In this document: positions 30,052 through 44,799 of the stretch, in pieces | Layout: every line of letters starts with the position of its first letter | Numbering within the stretch: the first letter of the stretch is position 1 | Translations under genes and position numbers: made by a program | The notes under the pieces: generated by a model | Database searches by the model: none | The model's input: only the letters and a program-made list of their open reading frames with translations | What the model was told of the DNA's origin: nothing | DNA from: Gammaproteobacteria bacterium | GTDB lineage: Bacteria > Pseudomonadota > Gammaproteobacteria > UBA4575 | Length of the DNA stretch: 64,000 bases | Direction of reading: 5' to 3' | NCBI GenBank assembly: GCA_965222615.1 | Contig: CBDCUI010000008.1 | Coordinates: 672,001-736,000 of the forward strand

Positions 30052-30111
30052 CGTATGTAGTAGTACAGTACTAAATAACAAGACAAAAAGTGTAGTAAAC
30101 GGGAGAAAAAG

Positions 30112-31302
30112 ATGTCCAAAGAGAAATTTGAGCGCACGAAGCCGCATGTCAATGTTGGGACGATCGGGCATGTAGATCATGGGAAGACGACGTTAACGGC
30201 GGCGTTGACCAAGATCATGGGAGAGGCGCACGGCGGGGAGTTTAAGGCGTATGATCAGATCGACAATGCGCCGGAAGAGCGCGAGCGGGGCATCACGATC
30301 GCGACGGCACATGTGGAATATGAGAGTCCGAATCGCCACTATGCGCATGTGGACTGTCCCGGACATGCGGACTATGTGAAGAACATGATCACAGGCGCCG
30401 CGCAAATGGATGGGGCGATTTTAGTGGTGAGTGCCGCGGATGGGCCGATGCCGCAGACCCGCGAACACATCCTATTAGCCCGCCAAGTAGGGGTGCCCTA
30501 CATATTGGTGTACATGAACAAAGCCGATCAAGTGGATGATGCCGAGCTGCTAGAACTGGTAGAGATGGAAGTGCGCGATCTACTGTCGACCTATGAATTT
30601 CCAGGCGACGATACGCCGATCGTCACGGGCTCAGCATTAAAGGCACTAGAAGGCGACACCTCCGAGATCGGCGTGCCCTCGATCGTCAAGTTGGTGGAAG
30701 AGATGGACAACTTTATCCCGGAACCGGAACGCGCGATCGATGGCGACTACATCATGCCAGTGGAAGACGTGTTTTCGATCTCCGGACGCGGCACGGTGGT
30801 GACCGGACGCATCGAGCGCGGCATCATCAAAGTCGGAGATGAGATCGAGATTGTGGGGATCAAAGACACGACGACGACGACCTGTACGGGCGTAGAAATG
30901 TTTCGCAAACTGCTGGATCAAGGGCAGGCGGGGGACAATGTAGGAGTACTACTGCGCGGCACGAAGCGCGACGAAGTGGAGCGCGGGCAAGTGCTGTGCA
31001 AGCCAGGGAGCATTACGCCGCATACCAAATTCGAAGCGGAAGTGTATATCTTGAGCAAAGAAGAAGGGGGGCGGCATACACCGTTTTTCAATGGCTATCG
31101 ACCGCAATTTTACTTTCGCACGACCGATGTGACGGGGGCGGTAGAGTTACCGAGTGGCACCGAGATGGTGATGCCGGGAGATAATGTACAGATGACGGTA
31201 TCGATGATTGCGCCGATCGCGATGGAAGAAGGGCTACGCTTTGCGATCCGTGAAGGCGGACGAACGGTGGGTGCTGGAGTCGTTGCGAAAATTATTGAGT
31301 GA
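30112..31302 (+). CDS. tuf: Elongation factor Tu (tRNA-linked copy)
   Basis: [30 protein letters not shown]. Confidence 0.99.
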   Translation: MSKEKFERTKPHVNVGTIGHVDHGKTTLTAALTKIMGEAHGGEFKAYDQIDNAPEERERGITIATAHVEYESPNRHYAHVDCPGHADYVKNMITGAAQMDGAILVVSAADGPMPQTREHILLARQVGVPYILVYMNKADQVDDAELLELVEMEVRDLLSTYEFPGDDTPIVTGSALKALEGDTSEIGVPSIVKLVEEMDNFIPEPERAIDGDYIMPVEDVFSISGRGTVVTGRIERGIIKVGDEIEIVGIKDTTTTTCTGVEMFRKLLDQGQAGDNVGVLLRGTKRDEVERGQVLCKPGSITPHTKFEAEVYILSKEEGGRHTPFFNGYRPQFYFRTTDVTGAVELPSGTEMVMPGDNVQMTVSMIAPIAMEEGLRFAIREGGRTVGAGVVAKIIE

Positions 31303-31427
31303 TTGATTTTCTCTAGTTATTTCTGGACAAGTATCTCTTTAGGAGAGGTTAGAAAAAATAGGTTCAAACTGATCTAGAAATCACGCTATAATTTCAGGTT
31401 CGGCAATTGGAAGGTACTGACGGTTTT

Positions 31428-31503
31428 AGGCCAGTAGCTCAATTGGCAGAGCGGCGGTCTCCAAAACCGCAGGTTGGGGGTTCGATTCCCTCCTGGCCTG
31501 CCA
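31428..31503 (+). tRNA. tRNA-Trp(CCA)
   Basis: 76-nt cloverleaf, gcggt-ctccaaa-accgc. Confidence 0.97.
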
Positions 31504-31563
31504 AATGAGCCCTAGTGTAAGCAAGTTCACGAGCTACATCACAAGCAGAAATATTAAGTAAAT

Positions 31564-31932
31564 ATGTCAGGAAAAGCTGAAGCAAGTGCAAGCGGCTTGG
31601 ATGTCTTTAAGCTAGCGATAAGTGCTGCCATCCTAATCGCGAGCATTGTGGTGTTTTATTGGTTTGCCGATCAACCACTGCTTTATCGAGTACTAGGCAT
31701 TGTGGCTGCGGTGATTGTTGCTGCAGTAATTGCATTAACCACCACACGTGGCCGAACGCTTGCAGGGTTTATGCAAGAAGCACGTACTGAAGTGCGCAAG
31801 ATGGTGTGGCCTACGCGGGTTGAAACTCTGCAAACGACAATAATCGTATTTATTGTGGTTGTGCTTTTAGCTCTGTTTTTGTGGTTTGTAGATCGTATAT
31901 TGACAACTTTAATACAGTACGTAATTCAATAA
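31564..31932 (+). CDS. secE: Preprotein translocase SecE
   Basis: 3 TM helices, EVRKMVWPTR. Confidence 0.95.
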   Translation: MSGKAEASASGLDVFKLAISAAILIASIVVFYWFADQPLLYRVLGIVAAVIVAAVIALTTTRGRTLAGFMQEARTEVRKMVWPTRVETLQTTIIVFIVVVLLALFLWFVDRILTTLIQYVIQ

Positions 31933-31946
31933 AGGTTTAGATTTCT

Positions 31947-32474
31947 ATGCATTGGTATGTTGTACATGCATATTCGGGTTATGAACACCAAGTAAAGCGT
32001 TCATTGACCGAACGTATTGAAAGATATGGTATGCAGGATAAGTTTGCAGAGATCATGGTGCCAGTTGAAGAAGTCGTAGAAATGCGCGAAGGACAAAAAC
32101 GGCGCAGTGAAAGAAAGTTTTTTCCTGGTTATGTGTTAGTAAAGATGGAAATGGATGATGACACTTGGCACCTTGTGAAAGATTGTCCAAAAGTGCTTGG
32201 GTTTATTGGCGGTTCTTCAGATAAACCTGCACCGATTACTGAACAGGAAGCACAAAATATCTTGCAACGTATGCAAGAAGGTGTGGATCAACCCAAACCG
32301 AAGGTGTTATTTGAACCTGGCGAAGTGGTGCGCGTGACGGATGGACCGTTTAACGATTTCAATGGTGTGGTTGAAGAAGTGAATTATGAAAAAAGTCGTA
32401 TGCTGGTCGCGGTACAAATTTTTGGACGCTCGACACCAGTAGAACTCGGTTTCAGTCAGGTTGAGAAGGGTTAG
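31947..32474 (+). CDS. nusG: Transcription factor NusG
   Basis: [22 protein letters not shown] domain. Confidence 0.97.
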   Translation: MHWYVVHAYSGYEHQVKRSLTERIERYGMQDKFAEIMVPVEEVVEMREGQKRRSERKFFPGYVLVKMEMDDDTWHLVKDCPKVLGFIGGSSDKPAPITEQEAQNILQRMQEGVDQPKPKVLFEPGEVVRVTDGPFNDFNGVVEEVNYEKSRMLVAVQIFGRSTPVELGFSQVEKG

Positions 32475-32512
32475 ATAAAAAATTATTTATTACTAAATAT
32501 TACTGGGAATCA

Positions 32513-32647
32513 AGAAGCTGTGATTTTTTTTGAGACAAGGCAAAAAATATCGAAAAAGCGCAGTGTATTGGTTACATACATGAGCATTTTGAGGTTATTT
32601 TTTAACGACCTAAAAAATTAATTACGGCAGAATAAATCACAGTTTCT
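32513..32647 (-). mobile_element. MITE-like palindromic element copy B (nusG-rplK spacer)
   Basis: Ends agaagctgtgatt / aatcacagtttct; core gcgcagtgta..tacatgagcatttt. Confidence 0.75.
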
Positions 32648-32663
32648 AAAAAGTGGAATAAAA

Positions 32664-33095
32664 ATGGCGAAGAAGGTAGAGGCATATATCAAGTTGCAAG
32701 TTCCTGCATCGGATGCAAATCCAAGTCCTCCTGTGGGACCTGCTTTAGGTCAGCACGGGGTGAATATCATGGAGTTTTGTAAAGCCTTTAATGCGCAAAC
32801 GCAAAACTTAGAAAAAGGTATGCCCGTACCTGTCGTGATCACTGTTTACAATGATCGCAGTTTCACTTTTATTACCAAGACGCCACCAGCATCGATTTTA
32901 TTAAAAAAGGCAGCTGGCTTAAGTAAAGGCAGTGGTCGGCCGAATACAGATAAAGTGGGTAAGGTAAACCGTGCGCAGCTTGAAGAAATTGCTAAAACGA
33001 AAATGCCAGATATTACTGCTGCTGATATGGATGCTGCCGTGCGCACCATTGCCGGTAGTGCACGAAGCATGGGTATAGAAGTGGAAGGTGTGTAA
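32664..33095 (+). CDS. rplK: 50S ribosomal protein L11
   Basis: [13 protein letters not shown]. Confidence 0.98.
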   Translation: MAKKVEAYIKLQVPASDANPSPPVGPALGQHGVNIMEFCKAFNAQTQNLEKGMPVPVVITVYNDRSFTFITKTPPASILLKKAAGLSKGSGRPNTDKVGKVNRAQLEEIAKTKMPDITAADMDAAVRTIAGSARSMGIEVEGV

Positions 33096-33111
33096 AGGGG
33101 TATTAATAAGA

Positions 33112-33804
33112 ATGTCTAAACCTGGAAAAAAATATCGTGCTGCACTTGAAAAAGTGGATAGTGAAAAAAGCTATGCACCTAGTGAGGCGTTACAGTTAAT
33201 CAAAGATTGCGCCAGTGCAAAATTTAAAGAGTCAGTGGATGTCTGTGTCAACTTAGGTGTAGATCCTAGAAAGTCAGACCAAGTGGTAAGAGGTTCAACT
33301 GTGTTACCGAATGGAATAGGTAAAACTATTCGGGTTGCGGTATTCGCAGAGGGTGATCAGGCTGAGGCAGCAAAATCGGCGGGTGCGGATTTAGTTGGTT
33401 TAGATGATTTAGCCGAACAAGTTAAAAAAGGGCAAATGGATTTTGATGTGGCAGTTGCTACACCTGATGCCATGCGTGTAGTCGGTCAGTTAGGCCAAAT
33501 TCTGGGGCCACGCGGATTAATGCCGAACCCTAAAGTGGGCACGGTCGCAGCAGATGTTGCGAGTGCAGTAAAAAATGCCAAGGCTGGTCAAGTTCGTTTT
33601 AAAACAGACAAAGGTGGATTGATTCATTGTTCAATTGGAAAAGTCGAATTTGATACACCAAAACTTGAAGAAAATTTAAAAGCATTAGTGGCAGATTTAG
33701 TAAAAGCCAAACCGGCTTCAGCTAAAGGTATTTATATAAAGAAAGTTACGGTTTCGTCTACTATGGGGGTAGGTGTTAGCGTTGACCAATCCGCTTTAGT
33801 GTAA
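33112..33804 (+). CDS. rplA: 50S ribosomal protein L1
   Basis: [15 protein letters not shown]; ATG at 33112. Confidence 0.97.
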   Translation: MSKPGKKYRAALEKVDSEKSYAPSEALQLIKDCASAKFKESVDVCVNLGVDPRKSDQVVRGSTVLPNGIGKTIRVAVFAEGDQAEAAKSAGADLVGLDDLAEQVKKGQMDFDVAVATPDAMRVVGQLGQILGPRGLMPNPKVGTVAADVASAVKNAKAGQVRFKTDKGGLIHCSIGKVEFDTPKLEENLKALVADLVKAKPASAKGIYIKKVTVSSTMGVGVSVDQSALV

Positions 33805-33925
33805 GGAAACTCTGATTTAAACTGATACTTCGTTAAAAAATGATCTCAAAGTCGCTCATGTATAAAAACTGCACATCGCTCTTTTCGACATTTTTTGCCT
33901 TGTCTCAGATTAAATCAGAGCTTCT
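33804..33925 (+). mobile_element. MITE-like palindromic element copy C (begins at the rplA stop)
   Basis: aggaaactctgatttaa / ttaaatcagagcttct; core gctcatgta...ttttcgacattttttgccttgtctcag. Confidence 0.75.
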
Positions 33926-33981
33926 TTTAGAGAGAAGTATAAAAGAATTGGGAGTTGTTTGTTCGTAAATAAACAAACAAG

Positions 33982-34066
33982 CGTCCAAGACCGTAGGTGA
34001 AGTTTTGTAGTCATTGTTAATAATGCATATGAAGCTTCTTAATAAGGAATCTTGGCCTACGTAGAC
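33982..34066 (+). promoter_or_regulatory. Ribosomal protein L10 leader RNA
   Basis: cgtccaagaccgtaggt...cttaat...cctacgtagac upstream of rplJ. Confidence 0.8.
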
Positions 34067-34224
34067 TGTGTTACCCAAATCAGGATGTTCCTGAGTTGGT
34101 TGCACTGTAAGGGAAGTGCCACTGTTGAACGGTATCTGTGTATAAATGTTTAGATACACTACGATCGACGATGGCGTGAATTTAGTAACACCTTGTGTGT
34201 AGTGATAACTCAGAGGACCCAACT

Positions 34225-34755
34225 GTGGCCTTAAGACTTGAAGAAAAACAAGCAATCGTATCTGAAGTGATGCAAGTTGCAACGGATGCGCATTCTGCAA
34301 TTGCGGCTGAGTACCGTGGACTTACTGTAAGTGAATTAACTGAACTTCGCTCTAAAGCACGTGAGCAAGGCGTCTATTTAAAAGTAGTTAAAAATACCCT
34401 GGCCAAACGCGCATTGGAAGGTACACCTTATGAGTGTATGCGAGAAGGATTGGTTGGCCCACTTATGTTGGCATTTTCGCAAGAAGATCCTGGTTCGGCT
34501 GCACGTCTGATAAAAGATTTTTCTAAAGAGAATGATCTACTTGCAGTAAAGATGATCTCTATTGGTGGCGAGCTACTAGAAGCGAGCGAACTAAAGAAAT
34601 TGTCAAGTCTGCCAACGAAAGATCAGGCAATTAGTATGTTGATGGCTGTAATGAAGGCACCGATTGAAAAGTTTGTGCGCACATTAAATGAACCGCATGC
34701 AAAATTGGTAAGAACCGTTGCTGCGGTGCGCGATCAGAAACAATCTGCTGGTTAA
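34225..34755 (+). CDS. rplJ: 50S ribosomal protein L10
   Basis: GTG start after GAGGA; EYRGLTV, VVKNTL. Confidence 0.96.
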   Translation: MALRLEEKQAIVSEVMQVATDAHSAIAAEYRGLTVSELTELRSKAREQGVYLKVVKNTLAKRALEGTPYECMREGLVGPLMLAFSQEDPGSAARLIKDFSKENDLLAVKMISIGGELLEASELKKLSSLPTKDQAISMLMAVMKAPIEKFVRTLNEPHAKLVRTVAAVRDQKQSAG

Positions 34756-34800
34756 ATATAGGTTACAAGTTTGGTATTAGGTTTTATTAGGAGATAAAAA

Positions 34801-35181
34801 ATGGCTGTATCGAAAGAAGATATTTTGGAAACGATCTCAGAGATGAGTGTAATGGAAGTGGTTGATTTAATTTCTGCCATGGAAGAAAAATTTGGTGTTT
34901 CGGCGGCAGCGGCAGTTGCGGCAGCACCTGTTGCGGGTGCCGATAGTGGTGGTGAAGCTGCTGCAGAGAAAGACGAATTTGATGTGGTAATGAGTAGCTT
35001 CGGTGGTAATAAAGTAGCGGTGATTAAAGTGGTTCGTACGGTTACCGGTCTTGGCTTGAAAGAGGCAAAAGAGATGGTTGAGGGCGCACCTTCCACGGTT
35101 AAAGAAGCTGCTGCGAAAGACGAGGCTGAAGAGATCAAAAAGCAATTGGAAGAAGCAGGTGCAACGGTAGAGCTCAAGTAA
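34801..35181 (+). CDS. rplL: 50S ribosomal protein L7/L12
   Basis: [19 protein letters not shown]. Confidence 0.98.
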   Translation: MAVSKEDILETISEMSVMEVVDLISAMEEKFGVSAAAAVAAAPVAGADSGGEAAAEKDEFDVVMSSFGGNKVAVIKVVRTVTGLGLKEAKEMVEGAPSTVKEAAAKDEAEEIKKQLEEAGATVELK

Positions 35182-35196
35182 TTGCAGCGCAATTCT

Positions 35197-35325
35197 GAAA
35201 GCTCTGATTTATTCTGATACGTCGTTAAAAAATGTCTCAAAATGCTCATTTACCAGCATGTAAACTGCGCTTTTTCGACATTTTTTGCCTCGTCTCAGTC
35301 GTTCACACTAATAAATCAAAGCTTC
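35197..35325 (+). mobile_element. MITE-like palindromic element copy D (rplL-rpoB spacer)
   Basis: gaaagctctgatttatt / aataaatcaaagcttc; core aaaatgctcatttac..gtaaactgcgctttttcg. Confidence 0.8.
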
Positions 35326-35341
35326 AGGAAGCATTACCAAC

Positions 35342-35379
35342 AACTAAACATAGCATTTATGCAATGTTTAGTTACTTTT
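35342..35379 (+). terminator. Hairpin/attenuator candidate before rpoB
   Basis: aactaaacat...atgtttagtt followed by actttt. Confidence 0.4.
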
Positions 35380-35409
35380 GCATATGTATATTTAATGGAG
35401 TGACCATTT

Positions 35410-38400
35410 ATGGCGTATAGCTACACCGAGAAAAAACGAGTTCGCAAAGATTTTGGTAAACGGCCCGAAATCTTAGGTGTTCCATTTATGTTGCAAATTC
35501 AATTGGCGTCATATAGACGGTTTTTGCAGTCTGACAAAAATGCAGGAAATCGTGAAGATGTTGGATTGCATGGGGCGTTTAATACGATATTTCCAATCAT
35601 TAGTTATTCCGGAAATGTGGAGCTGCAGTATGTCAGTTATCGTTTAGAGCAACCTCCATTTGAAGTGAAAGAGTGTCAGCTTCGTGGCTTAACTTATCAC
35701 GCACCACTTAAAGTTTTACTGCGTTTAGTCATTTATGACAAAGATGCGCCTGCGGGATCAAAGAAAGTCAAAGATGTAAAAGAACAAGAAGTGTATATGG
35801 GTGAATTACCACTCATGACTGATACCGGTGCCTTTGTTATTAATGGTACAGAACGTGTAATTGTTTCGCAGTTACATCGTTCACCGGGTGTGTTCTTTGA
35901 TCATGATAAAGGTAAAACTCATTCGTCTGGTAAATTGCTTTATTCCGCAAGAGTAATTCCTTATCGCGGCTCTTGGTTGGACTTTGAGTTTGATCATAAA
36001 GATTGTTTGTTTGTGCGCATTGACCGGCGCAGGAAATTACCTGCAAGTATTTTGTTACGCGCACTTGGTTATTCCAGTGAAGAAATTCTTTCTATCTTTT
36101 TTGATACCAATACGGTACGCATCACCGATACTGGTTTTATTCTAGATTTGATTCCTGAGCGATTACGCGGAGAAATTTCACCTTTTGAAATTAAGGCGGG
36201 TGGAAAGTTAATTGTAGAAGCAGGCCGTCGTATCACGGTACGCCATGTACGTCAGATTGAAAAAGCTGGAATTAAAACATTTGAAGTACCAGTTGAATAT
36301 TTACTTGGCAAAGTGTTAGCTAAAGATTTAATTGACACCGATACAGGTGAATTAGTTTGTAAAGCCAATGATGAATTAACCGAAGAAAATATTGAAAAGA
36401 TTTTAGAGTCTACGGTTGAGGTTTTAGAGCTTTTGTACACCAATGACATTGATCGCGGTCCATATATGTCTTCGACCATTGCGATTGATCCCTCAAATAA
36501 TGAACTAGAAGCTCAAGTAGAAATTTATCGCATGATGCGCCCTGGCGAACCGCCAACCAAAGAGGCTGCACAAAATTTATTTCAAAACTTATTTTTCACT
36601 CCAGAGCGTTATGACTTATCACCGGTTGGGCGCATGAAATTCAACCGCCGCGTTGGCCGTGAAGATATGACAGGGTCAGGCATTCTGAGTAACGAAGATA
36701 TTCTGGATGTCATGCGTACGTTAATCGATATCCGTAATGGCAATGGTATCGTTGATGATATTGATCATCTCGGAAATCGACGTGTACGTTGTGTAGGTGA
36801 GATGGCAGAGAATGCATTTCGTGTCGGCTTGGTTCGTGTCGAACGAGCAGTGAAGGAACGATTAACGCTAGCTGAATCTGAAGGCTTGATGCCTCAAGAA
36901 ATGATTAATGCCAAACCCGTTGCCGCAGCAATAAAAGAGTTTTTTGGGTCTAGCCAACTTTCGCAATTCATGGATCAGAATAATCCGCTTTCTGAGATTA
37001 CCCATAAACGTAGAATTTCAGCGCTTGGGCCTGGCGGTTTAACCCGTGAACGTGCAGGATTTGAGGTACGCGACGTACATCCAACGCATTATGGCCGTGT
37101 ATGTCCTATTGAAACTCCTGAAGGTCCCAATATTGGCTTGATTAATTCCTTGGCAATTTTTGCGCGTACCAATGAATATGGCTTTTTAGAAACGCCCTAT
37201 CGAAAAGTAGTAGATAGCAAGGTTTCTAGTCAAATTGATTACTTATCTGCAATTGAGGAGAGTCAATTCACTATTGCACAGGCCAATGCGCGGGTTGACG
37301 ATAACGGTAAATTGCAAGATGAATTAGTTTCGGTACGTCATTTAAATGAATTTTCATTAGCGCCAGCAGAAAAAGTAGAGTACATGGATGTGTCACCAAA
37401 ACAGATTGTTTCTGTGGCGGCTTCCTTAATTCCGTTTTTGGAACATGACGATGCTAACCGTGCACTCATGGGTTCTAATATGCAACGTCAAGCTGTGCCA
37501 ACTTTACGTACTGAAAAACCATTGGTGGGTACTGGTATCGAACGTTCAGTGGCGATTGACTCAGGTGCGGCCTTGGTATCCAAGCGTGGTGGAGTTGTTG
37601 ATACTGTGGATGCAGGTCGAATTGTGGTGCGGGTAAATGATAATGAAACCGAAGCTGGTGAGCCGGGCGTGGATATTTATAATCTCACTAAATACACCCG
37701 TTCTAACCAAAATACCTGTATCAATCAGAAGCCATTAGTGCAACCAGGTGATGTGATTGCCAAAGGCGATGTGTTGGCAGATGGCCCCTCTACTGACCTT
37801 GGTGAATTGGCCTTAGGTCAAAATGTATTAGTCGCGTTTATGCCGTGGAATGGGTATAACTTTGAAGATTCCATCTTAATCTCTGAACGTGTGGTGGAAG
37901 AAGATCGGTTTACAACCATTCATATTGAAGAATTAAGTTGTATTGCGCGTGACACTAAATTAGGGGCAGAGGAGATTACTGCTGATATACCTAACGTAAG
38001 TGAAAATTTACTTGCCAAGTTAGATGACTCGGGCATTGTCTATGTGGGTGCAGAAGTTAAGCCGAGTGACATCTTAGTAGGCAAAGTTACGCCAAAAGGT
38101 GAGACACAACTTACCCCTGAAGAGAAACTGCTACGCGCCATCTTCGGTGAAAAGGCATCAGATGTAAAAGACACTTCTTTACGAGTTCCTTCCGGAATGG
38201 AAGGTACCGTTATTGATGTGCGTGTGTTCACGCGTGATGGTGTTGATAAAGACAAGCGTGCTTTACAAATTGAAGAATCGGAAATTGAACAAGTACGTAA
38301 AGATTTGAATGATCAATTGCGAATTTATGAGCAAGATATTTATGCACGTGTCGAACGATTAATTACTAATAAAGTTGCAGATGGTGGACCGGAAGGGCTA

Positions 38401-39492
38401 CAGGCCGAGTCTAAGGTTACCAAAGCCTATTTAGATAGTCTTGATCGAGAACGTTGGTTTGAAGTTCGTATGAGCAGTGAAGATGTTAATGCGCAACTGG
38501 AAAAACTTTCCAATCAGTTAAAAGAACAGCGTGAATCATTTGATCAAAAGTTACTCGAGAAGAAAGAAAAAATTACTGCTGGTGATGATCTTGCACCCGG
38601 TGTATTAAAGATGGTCAAAGTTTACTTGGCAGTAAAACGTCGTATGCAACCGGGCGACAAAATGGCAGGCCGACATGGAAATAAGGGTGTGGTCTCAATG
38701 ATCGTACCGGTTGAAGATATGCCGCATATGGAAGATGGAACCCCAGTTGACATTGTTTTAAATCCCCTGGGTGTGCCATCGCGGATGAATGTTGGTCAGG
38801 TGCTGGAAACCCATTTAGGTTGGGCTGCAAAAGGACTGGGTTTAAAGATTGATGGCATGCTTGGCCAGGATGGCAATGTTATGCGCTTGCGTGAATTCCT
38901 GGATGAGGTCTATAACAAAGATGAAGGGATATCGGTAAATCTTAAAGAGTTCAGTGACGACGAAGTTTTAGCTTTATCAAATAACTTGCGTCGTGGCGTA
39001 CCGATGGCAACTCCCGTTTTTGATGGTGCCCAGGAATCTGAAATTAAACGTATGCTTAAGTTAGCTGATTTACCTGAGGATGGACAAACTCATTTATGGG
39101 ACGGTCGCACTGGTGAAGCATTTGAGCGCAAAATCACTGTGGGATATATGCATATGTTAAAGCTCAATCATCTAGTTGATGACAAGATGCATGCACGTTC
39201 TACTGGACCTTACAGCCTGGTTACTCAACAACCGCTTGGGGGTAAGGCGCAATTCGGCGGTCAGCGCTTTGGTGAAATGGAAGTGTGGGCACTGGAAGCC
39301 TATGGTGCATCGTATACTTTGCAAGAGATGTTAACGGTCAAATCAGATGATGTTGTTGGCCGTAACAAAATGTATAAAAACATTGTTGATAGTAATCATA
39401 GTATGGATGCCGGCATGCCGGAATCCTTCAATGTTTTGATGAAAGAAATTCGCTCATTAGGACTCAATATTGACTTTGAGCAGGAGACGTAA
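35410..39492 (+). CDS. rpoB: RNA polymerase beta subunit
   Basis: [30 protein letters not shown]. Confidence 0.99.
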   Translation: MAYSYTEKKRVRKDFGKRPEILGVPFMLQIQLASYRRFLQSDKNAGNREDVGLHGAFNTIFPIISYSGNVELQYVSYRLEQPPFEVKECQLRGLTYHAPLKVLLRLVIYDKDAPAGSKKVKDVKEQEVYMGELPLMTDTGAFVINGTERVIVSQLHRSPGVFFDHDKGKTHSSGKLLYSARVIPYRGSWLDFEFDHKDCLFVRIDRRRKLPASILLRALGYSSEEILSIFFDTNTVRITDTGFILDLIPERLRGEISPFEIKAGGKLIVEAGRRITVRHVRQIEKAGIKTFEVPVEYLLGKVLAKDLIDTDTGELVCKANDELTEENIEKILESTVEVLELLYTNDIDRGPYMSSTIAIDPSNNELEAQVEIYRMMRPGEPPTKEAAQNLFQNLFFTPERYDLSPVGRMKFNRRVGREDMTGSGILSNEDILDVMRTLIDIRNGNGIVDDIDHLGNRRVRCVGEMAENAFRVGLVRVERAVKERLTLAESEGLMPQEMINAKPVAAAIKEFFGSSQLSQFMDQNNPLSEITHKRRISALGPGGLTRERAGFEVRDVHPTHYGRVCPIETPEGPNIGLINSLAIFARTNEYGFLETPYRKVVDSKVSSQIDYLSAIEESQFTIAQANARVDDNGKLQDELVSVRHLNEFSLAPAEKVEYMDVSPKQIVSVAASLIPFLEHDDANRALMGSNMQRQAVPTLRTEKPLVGTGIERSVAIDSGAALVSKRGGVVDTVDAGRIVVRVNDNETEAGEPGVDIYNLTKYTRSNQNTCINQKPLVQPGDVIAKGDVLADGPSTDLGELALGQNVLVAFMPWNGYNFEDSILISERVVEEDRFTTIHIEELSCIARDTKLGAEEITADIPNVSENLLAKLDDSGIVYVGAEVKPSDILVGKVTPKGETQLTPEEKLLRAIFGEKASDVKDTSLRVPSGMEGTVIDVRVFTRDGVDKDKRALQIEESEIEQVRKDLNDQLRIYEQDIYARVERLITNKVADGGPEGLQAESKVTKAYLDSLDRERWFEVRMSSEDVNAQLEKLSNQLKEQRESFDQKLLEKKEKITAGDDLAPGVLKMVKVYLAVKRRMQPGDKMAGRHGNKGVVSMIVPVEDMPHMEDGTPVDIVLNPLGVPSRMNVGQVLETHLGWAAKGLGLKIDGMLGQDGNVMRLREFLDEVYNKDEGISVNLKEFSDDEVLALSNNLRRGVPMATPVFDGAQESEIKRMLKLADLPEDGQTHLWDGRTGEAFERKITVGYMHMLKLNHLVDDKMHARSTGPYSLVTQQPLGGKAQFGGQRFGEMEVWALEAYGASYTLQEMLTVKSDDVVGRNKMYKNIVDSNHSMDAGMPESFNVLMKEIRSLGLNIDFEQET

Positions 39493-42400
39493 TGAAAGAC
39501 TTATTAAGTTTATTAAAGAACCAGGGTCAAATTGAAGATTTTGATTCCATACGTATTGGCTTAGCTTCGCCAGATATGATTCGCTCTTGGTCGTATGGTG
39601 AAGTAAAGAAACCGGAGACGATAAATTATCGTACATTCAAACCTGAACGAGATGGTTTGTTCTGCGCAAAGATCTTTGGCCCAATTAAAGATTACGAATG
39701 CCTGTGTGGAAAATATAAACGCCTTAAACATCGTGGTGTAGTGTGTGAAAAGTGTGGAGTGGAAGTTACCTTAACTAAAGTACGTCGCGAACGCATGGGG
39801 CACATCGAACTAGCTAGTCCCGTAGCACATATTTGGTTTTTAAAATCTCTGCCTTCACGTATTGGCTTGTTGTTAGATATGACGTTACGGGATGTGGAAC
39901 GTATTCTATATTTTGAAGCCTTTGTCGTAATCGATCCTGGTATGACAGGCTTGGAACATAAACAGCTTTTGTCGGATGAAACCTTTTTAGAAGCCATTGA
40001 AGAATATGGAGATGAGTTTGATGCACGTATGGGGGCAGAAGCAATCTTTGAATTACTTAAACAAGTAAATTTAGAAGAAGAAGCGGAAAATTTACGTGAA
40101 GAGATCGCCTCGACGCGTTCTGAAGCTAAACTTAAACGTTTTTCAAAGCGCCTAAAGTTGGTTGAATATTTTACCGAGTCTGGCAATAAACCAGGTTGGA
40201 TGGTGTTAACCGTTTTACCTGTGTTACCACCTGATCTTCGCCCTCTTGTGCCATTGGATGGTGGGCGTTTTGCCACTTCTGATTTGAACGACTTATATCG
40301 TCGTGTCATTAATCGTAATAATCGTTTAAAACGATTATTAGAATTAAATGCGCCAGATATTATTGTACGTAATGAAAAGCGTATGTTGCAGGAATCTGTC
40401 GATGCGTTGCTAGATAACGGACGTCGAGGTCGTGCCATCACCGGTACTAATAAGCGTGCACTGAAATCACTTGCCGACATGATTAAGGGTAAACAAGGAC
40501 GTTTTCGCCAAAATTTGCTTGGTAAGCGTGTTGATTATTCTGGGCGTTCGGTAATTGTTGTGGGCCCAACCTTGAAACTGCATCAGTGTGGTTTGCCTAA
40601 AAAAATGGCACTTGAATTATTTAAGCCGTTTATATTCAGCAAGCTGCATATGCGCGGGATTGCACCCACCATTAAAGCTTGTAAAAAAGTTGTAGAGAAA
40701 GAAGGCCCAGAAGTTTGGGATATTCTTGAAGAAGTCATTCGTGAACACCCGGTACTATTAAATCGTGCACCTACGCTGCATCGTTTAGGGATTCAGGCAT
40801 TTGAGCCGACCTTAATTGAAGGTAAAGCAATACAATTGCATCCCCTTGTGTGTGCCGCGTTTAACGCAGATTTTGATGGTGATCAAATGGCTGTACATGT
40901 GCCATTGTCTATTGAAGCACAGCTTGAAAGTCGTGCCTTGATGATGTCTACCAACAATGTACTGTCTCCTGCAAATGGAGATCCCATTATTGTTCCTTCT
41001 CAAGACATTGTTTTAGGCCTTTATTATCTCACGCGCGAAAAAGTGAATGCCAAAGGTGAAGGCATGTGTTTTGCGGATGTTGCTGAGGCACAGCGTGCTT
41101 ATGAAAGTAATACGGTTGCTTTACATGCAAAAGTAAAAATTCGTGTGAATGATGTTGATATAAGTGAGGAAGGTGAGGTCACTGAGGTACGTCGAATTAT
41201 CGAAACCACAGTTGGCCGCGGTATTCTTTCAAAAATTTTACCCAAAGGTTTGCCGTTTTCACTGGTAAACCAATCGATGGGCAAGCGTGAAATTTCTACA
41301 TTGATCGACTCTTCTTATCGACGAGTTGGATTAAAAGATACCGTCATCTTTGCAGACAACTTAATGTATACAGGATTTAAATATGCAACGCGCGCAGGTG
41401 TTTCATTTTGTGCGGATGACATGGCTATTCCGTCAGAAAAGCAATCCATACTAAGTGAGGCAGAAAAAGAAGTGAAAGAAATTGCTTCACAGTATGCATC
41501 AGGTTTAGTAACAAAGGGTGAGCGTTATAATAAAGTTATTGATATTTGGTCACACACTAATGACCAAGTGGCAAAAGCTATGATGGATGGTTTAGGAAAA
41601 GAGGAAGTTCAAGATGCTGAAGGAAATCATGTTACGCAAGAATCCTTCAATTCAATTTATATGATGGCAGATTCGGGTGCTAGAGGTTCGGCAGCTCAAA
41701 TCAGACAACTTGCGGGTATGCGAGGTTTAATGGCCAAACCTGATGGTTCCATTATTGAAACACCGATAACGGCTAATTTCCGTGAGGGGTTGAATGTGTT
41801 GCAGTACTTTATTTCAACACATGGTGCACGAAAGGGTTTAGCGGATACTGCTTTAAAGACAGCAAATTCCGGTTATCTAACACGTCGATTAGTAGATGTT
41901 GCTCAAGACTTAGTCGTCACAGAACAAGATTGTGGTACGGATGATGGTATGCAAATGAAACCTATCATCGAAGGTGGTGATGTGGTGCAAACCCTACAAA
42001 CTCGTGTATTAGGACGTGTTACAGCTGAAGATGTATACGACGTAAAAGGAAAAAATGTTGTTATTCCTGCTGGCACTTTATTGGACGAATCTTGGGTGGA
42101 AAAATTTGAAGAAGAAGGCGTTGATGAAGTAAAAGTTCGCGCACCGATTGCTTGTAAAACGAGATATGGCGTGTGCTCAATGTGCTATGGGCGCGATTTA
42201 GCACGTGGCCATCTTGTCAATGATGGTGAAGCAGTTGGTGTAATTGCTGCACAGTCTATCGGAGAGCCTGGAACACAACTTACCATGCGCACCTTTCACA
42301 TTGGTGGTGCAGCTAGCCGTGCAGCTTCTACCAGTGACATCAGTGTAAAGTCTATAGGTACGGTTCGGATGCATAATTTGAAGCTAGTACAACATAACAA

Positions 42401-43760
42401 TGGTCATAATGTTGCCGTCTCCAGATCGGGTGAATTGAGTATTGTTGATGAACAAGGTCGTGAAAAAGAACGCTATAAAATTCCTTACGGCGCATCTATT
42501 TCGGTAAATAATGAAGATGCCGTGCATGCGGGGCAAATGGTTGCAACTTGGGATCCACATACCCACCCCATCATTACGGAGGTGGCCGGGCAAATACAGC
42601 TTGTTGATTTTGCCGATGGCGTGACAGTGGATTCTTATACAGATGAGGTAACTGGACTGAGTTCCACTATTGTATCGGATCCAAAGAGTCGCCCTGCAGC
42701 TGGAAAAGACCTGCGTCCAGCGGTGAATTTGTTAGATAAAAATGGTGAACCTCTTAAGTTTACCGGTACAGAAATTCCTGCACATTACATACTTCCACCT
42801 GGCGCAATCGTTAGTTTGTCTGATGGTGATGCAGTGGATGTTGGTGATGTGATTGCGCGGATTCCACAAGAGTCATCGAAGACACGTGATATCACGGGTG
42901 GTTTGCCACGCGTAGCAGATTTATTTGAAGCACGTAAACCTAAAGAACCCGCTGTTTTGGCAGAACAAACAGGCACAGTAAGTTTCGGTAAAGATACTAA
43001 GGGAAAGGAGCGTCTTGTTATTACAAATGAAGACGGTGAATCTACCGAAGAACTTATTCCGAAGTGGCGTCAAATAAACGTATTTGAAGGGGAGCATGTT
43101 GAAAAAGGTGAAGTTGTTGTTGATGGCGAACTTAATCCACATGACATTTTACGTTTATTGGGTATTACTGCCTTAGCAGAATACTTGATAAAGGAAATAC
43201 AAGATGTATACCGTCTTCAAGGCGTTGGCATCGATGATAAACATATTGAAGTTATTATCAGACAAATGCTGCGTAAGGCAGAAATAATTGAGGCTGGTGA
43301 TACAAACTATTTGCGTGGTGAGCAAGTAGAAAAATCTCGAGCCTTAGAGACTAATGAAAAAATGCAGGCGGACGGTAAGGAACCGGCCACTTTTGCCCCA
43401 GTATTATTGGGAATCACTAAGGCCTCGTTGGTTACAGAGTCGTTTATTTCGGCGGCTTCATTCCAGGAAACTACACGAGTGTTAACCGAAGCAGCCGTGC
43501 GAGGCTCGAAAGATTCATTGCGCGGTTTAAAAGAAAATGTCATCGTAGGTCGCTTGATACCGGCTGGAACCGGTTTGGCTTATCATGAAAAAAGACGTGA
43601 AAGCGCCATATCTGCAATGAGCACAGATGAGCAAGAACTTCCAGATCTTGAACAAGAAGTACCCCCTAGTGAGACGATGGTACAAGAGGCCTTGGCAGAA
43701 GAACTTTCCAACTCAGAGGCAAATCGTGATTCGGCTGAACAAAGCCCACCGGTTGAATAA
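39492..43760 (+). CDS. rpoC: RNA polymerase beta' subunit
   Basis: NADFDGD, zinc-binding Cys; acidic C-terminal tail. Confidence 0.99.
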   Translation: MKDLLSLLKNQGQIEDFDSIRIGLASPDMIRSWSYGEVKKPETINYRTFKPERDGLFCAKIFGPIKDYECLCGKYKRLKHRGVVCEKCGVEVTLTKVRRERMGHIELASPVAHIWFLKSLPSRIGLLLDMTLRDVERILYFEAFVVIDPGMTGLEHKQLLSDETFLEAIEEYGDEFDARMGAEAIFELLKQVNLEEEAENLREEIASTRSEAKLKRFSKRLKLVEYFTESGNKPGWMVLTVLPVLPPDLRPLVPLDGGRFATSDLNDLYRRVINRNNRLKRLLELNAPDIIVRNEKRMLQESVDALLDNGRRGRAITGTNKRALKSLADMIKGKQGRFRQNLLGKRVDYSGRSVIVVGPTLKLHQCGLPKKMALELFKPFIFSKLHMRGIAPTIKACKKVVEKEGPEVWDILEEVIREHPVLLNRAPTLHRLGIQAFEPTLIEGKAIQLHPLVCAAFNADFDGDQMAVHVPLSIEAQLESRALMMSTNNVLSPANGDPIIVPSQDIVLGLYYLTREKVNAKGEGMCFADVAEAQRAYESNTVALHAKVKIRVNDVDISEEGEVTEVRRIIETTVGRGILSKILPKGLPFSLVNQSMGKREISTLIDSSYRRVGLKDTVIFADNLMYTGFKYATRAGVSFCADDMAIPSEKQSILSEAEKEVKEIASQYASGLVTKGERYNKVIDIWSHTNDQVAKAMMDGLGKEEVQDAEGNHVTQESFNSIYMMADSGARGSAAQIRQLAGMRGLMAKPDGSIIETPITANFREGLNVLQYFISTHGARKGLADTALKTANSGYLTRRLVDVAQDLVVTEQDCGTDDGMQMKPIIEGGDVVQTLQTRVLGRVTAEDVYDVKGKNVVIPAGTLLDESWVEKFEEEGVDEVKVRAPIACKTRYGVCSMCYGRDLARGHLVNDGEAVGVIAAQSIGEPGTQLTMRTFHIGGAASRAASTSDISVKSIGTVRMHNLKLVQHNNGHNVAVSRSGELSIVDEQGREKERYKIPYGASISVNNEDAVHAGQMVATWDPHTHPIITEVAGQIQLVDFADGVTVDSYTDEVTGLSSTIVSDPKSRPAAGKDLRPAVNLLDKNGEPLKFTGTEIPAHYILPPGAIVSLSDGDAVDVGDVIARIPQESSKTRDITGGLPRVADLFEARKPKEPAVLAEQTGTVSFGKDTKGKERLVITNEDGESTEELIPKWRQINVFEGEHVEKGEVVVDGELNPHDILRLLGITALAEYLIKEIQDVYRLQGVGIDDKHIEVIIRQMLRKAEIIEAGDTNYLRGEQVEKSRALETNEKMQADGKEPATFAPVLLGITKASLVTESFISAASFQETTRVLTEAAVRGSKDSLRGLKENVIVGRLIPAGTGLAYHEKRRESAISAMSTDEQELPDLEQEVPPSETMVQEALAEELSNSEANRDSAEQSPPVE

Positions 43761-43795
43761 CGGCTTTTTGTTATTCGTTGGATTTGTGAGTTTGC

Positions 43796-43824
43796 TTGAC
43801 ACTATAGCTGCAGGTTTCTACAAT
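43796..43824 (+). promoter_or_regulatory. sigma70 promoter of the str operon
   Basis: TTGACA-17-TACAAT followed by a GC-rich discriminator tccgcggc. Confidence 0.8.
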
Positions 43825-43893
43825 TCCGCGGCTAACTTACAGGCCGATGTTTCATCGGCCTGTTGTTTATTTTGGGTATAGAAAACATAAATT

Positions 43894-44774
<881 letters not shown>

Positions 44775-44799
44775 TTCGTTTTGATACCGGGCATTCAAC

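Noticed and set aside
39692-40480. Long antisense ORF (262 aa) and other shadow ORFs such as 22647-23174, 34752-35249 and 45558-46073
   Set aside because: They lie antisense to clear conserved genes, have no motifs, and are explained by codon structure
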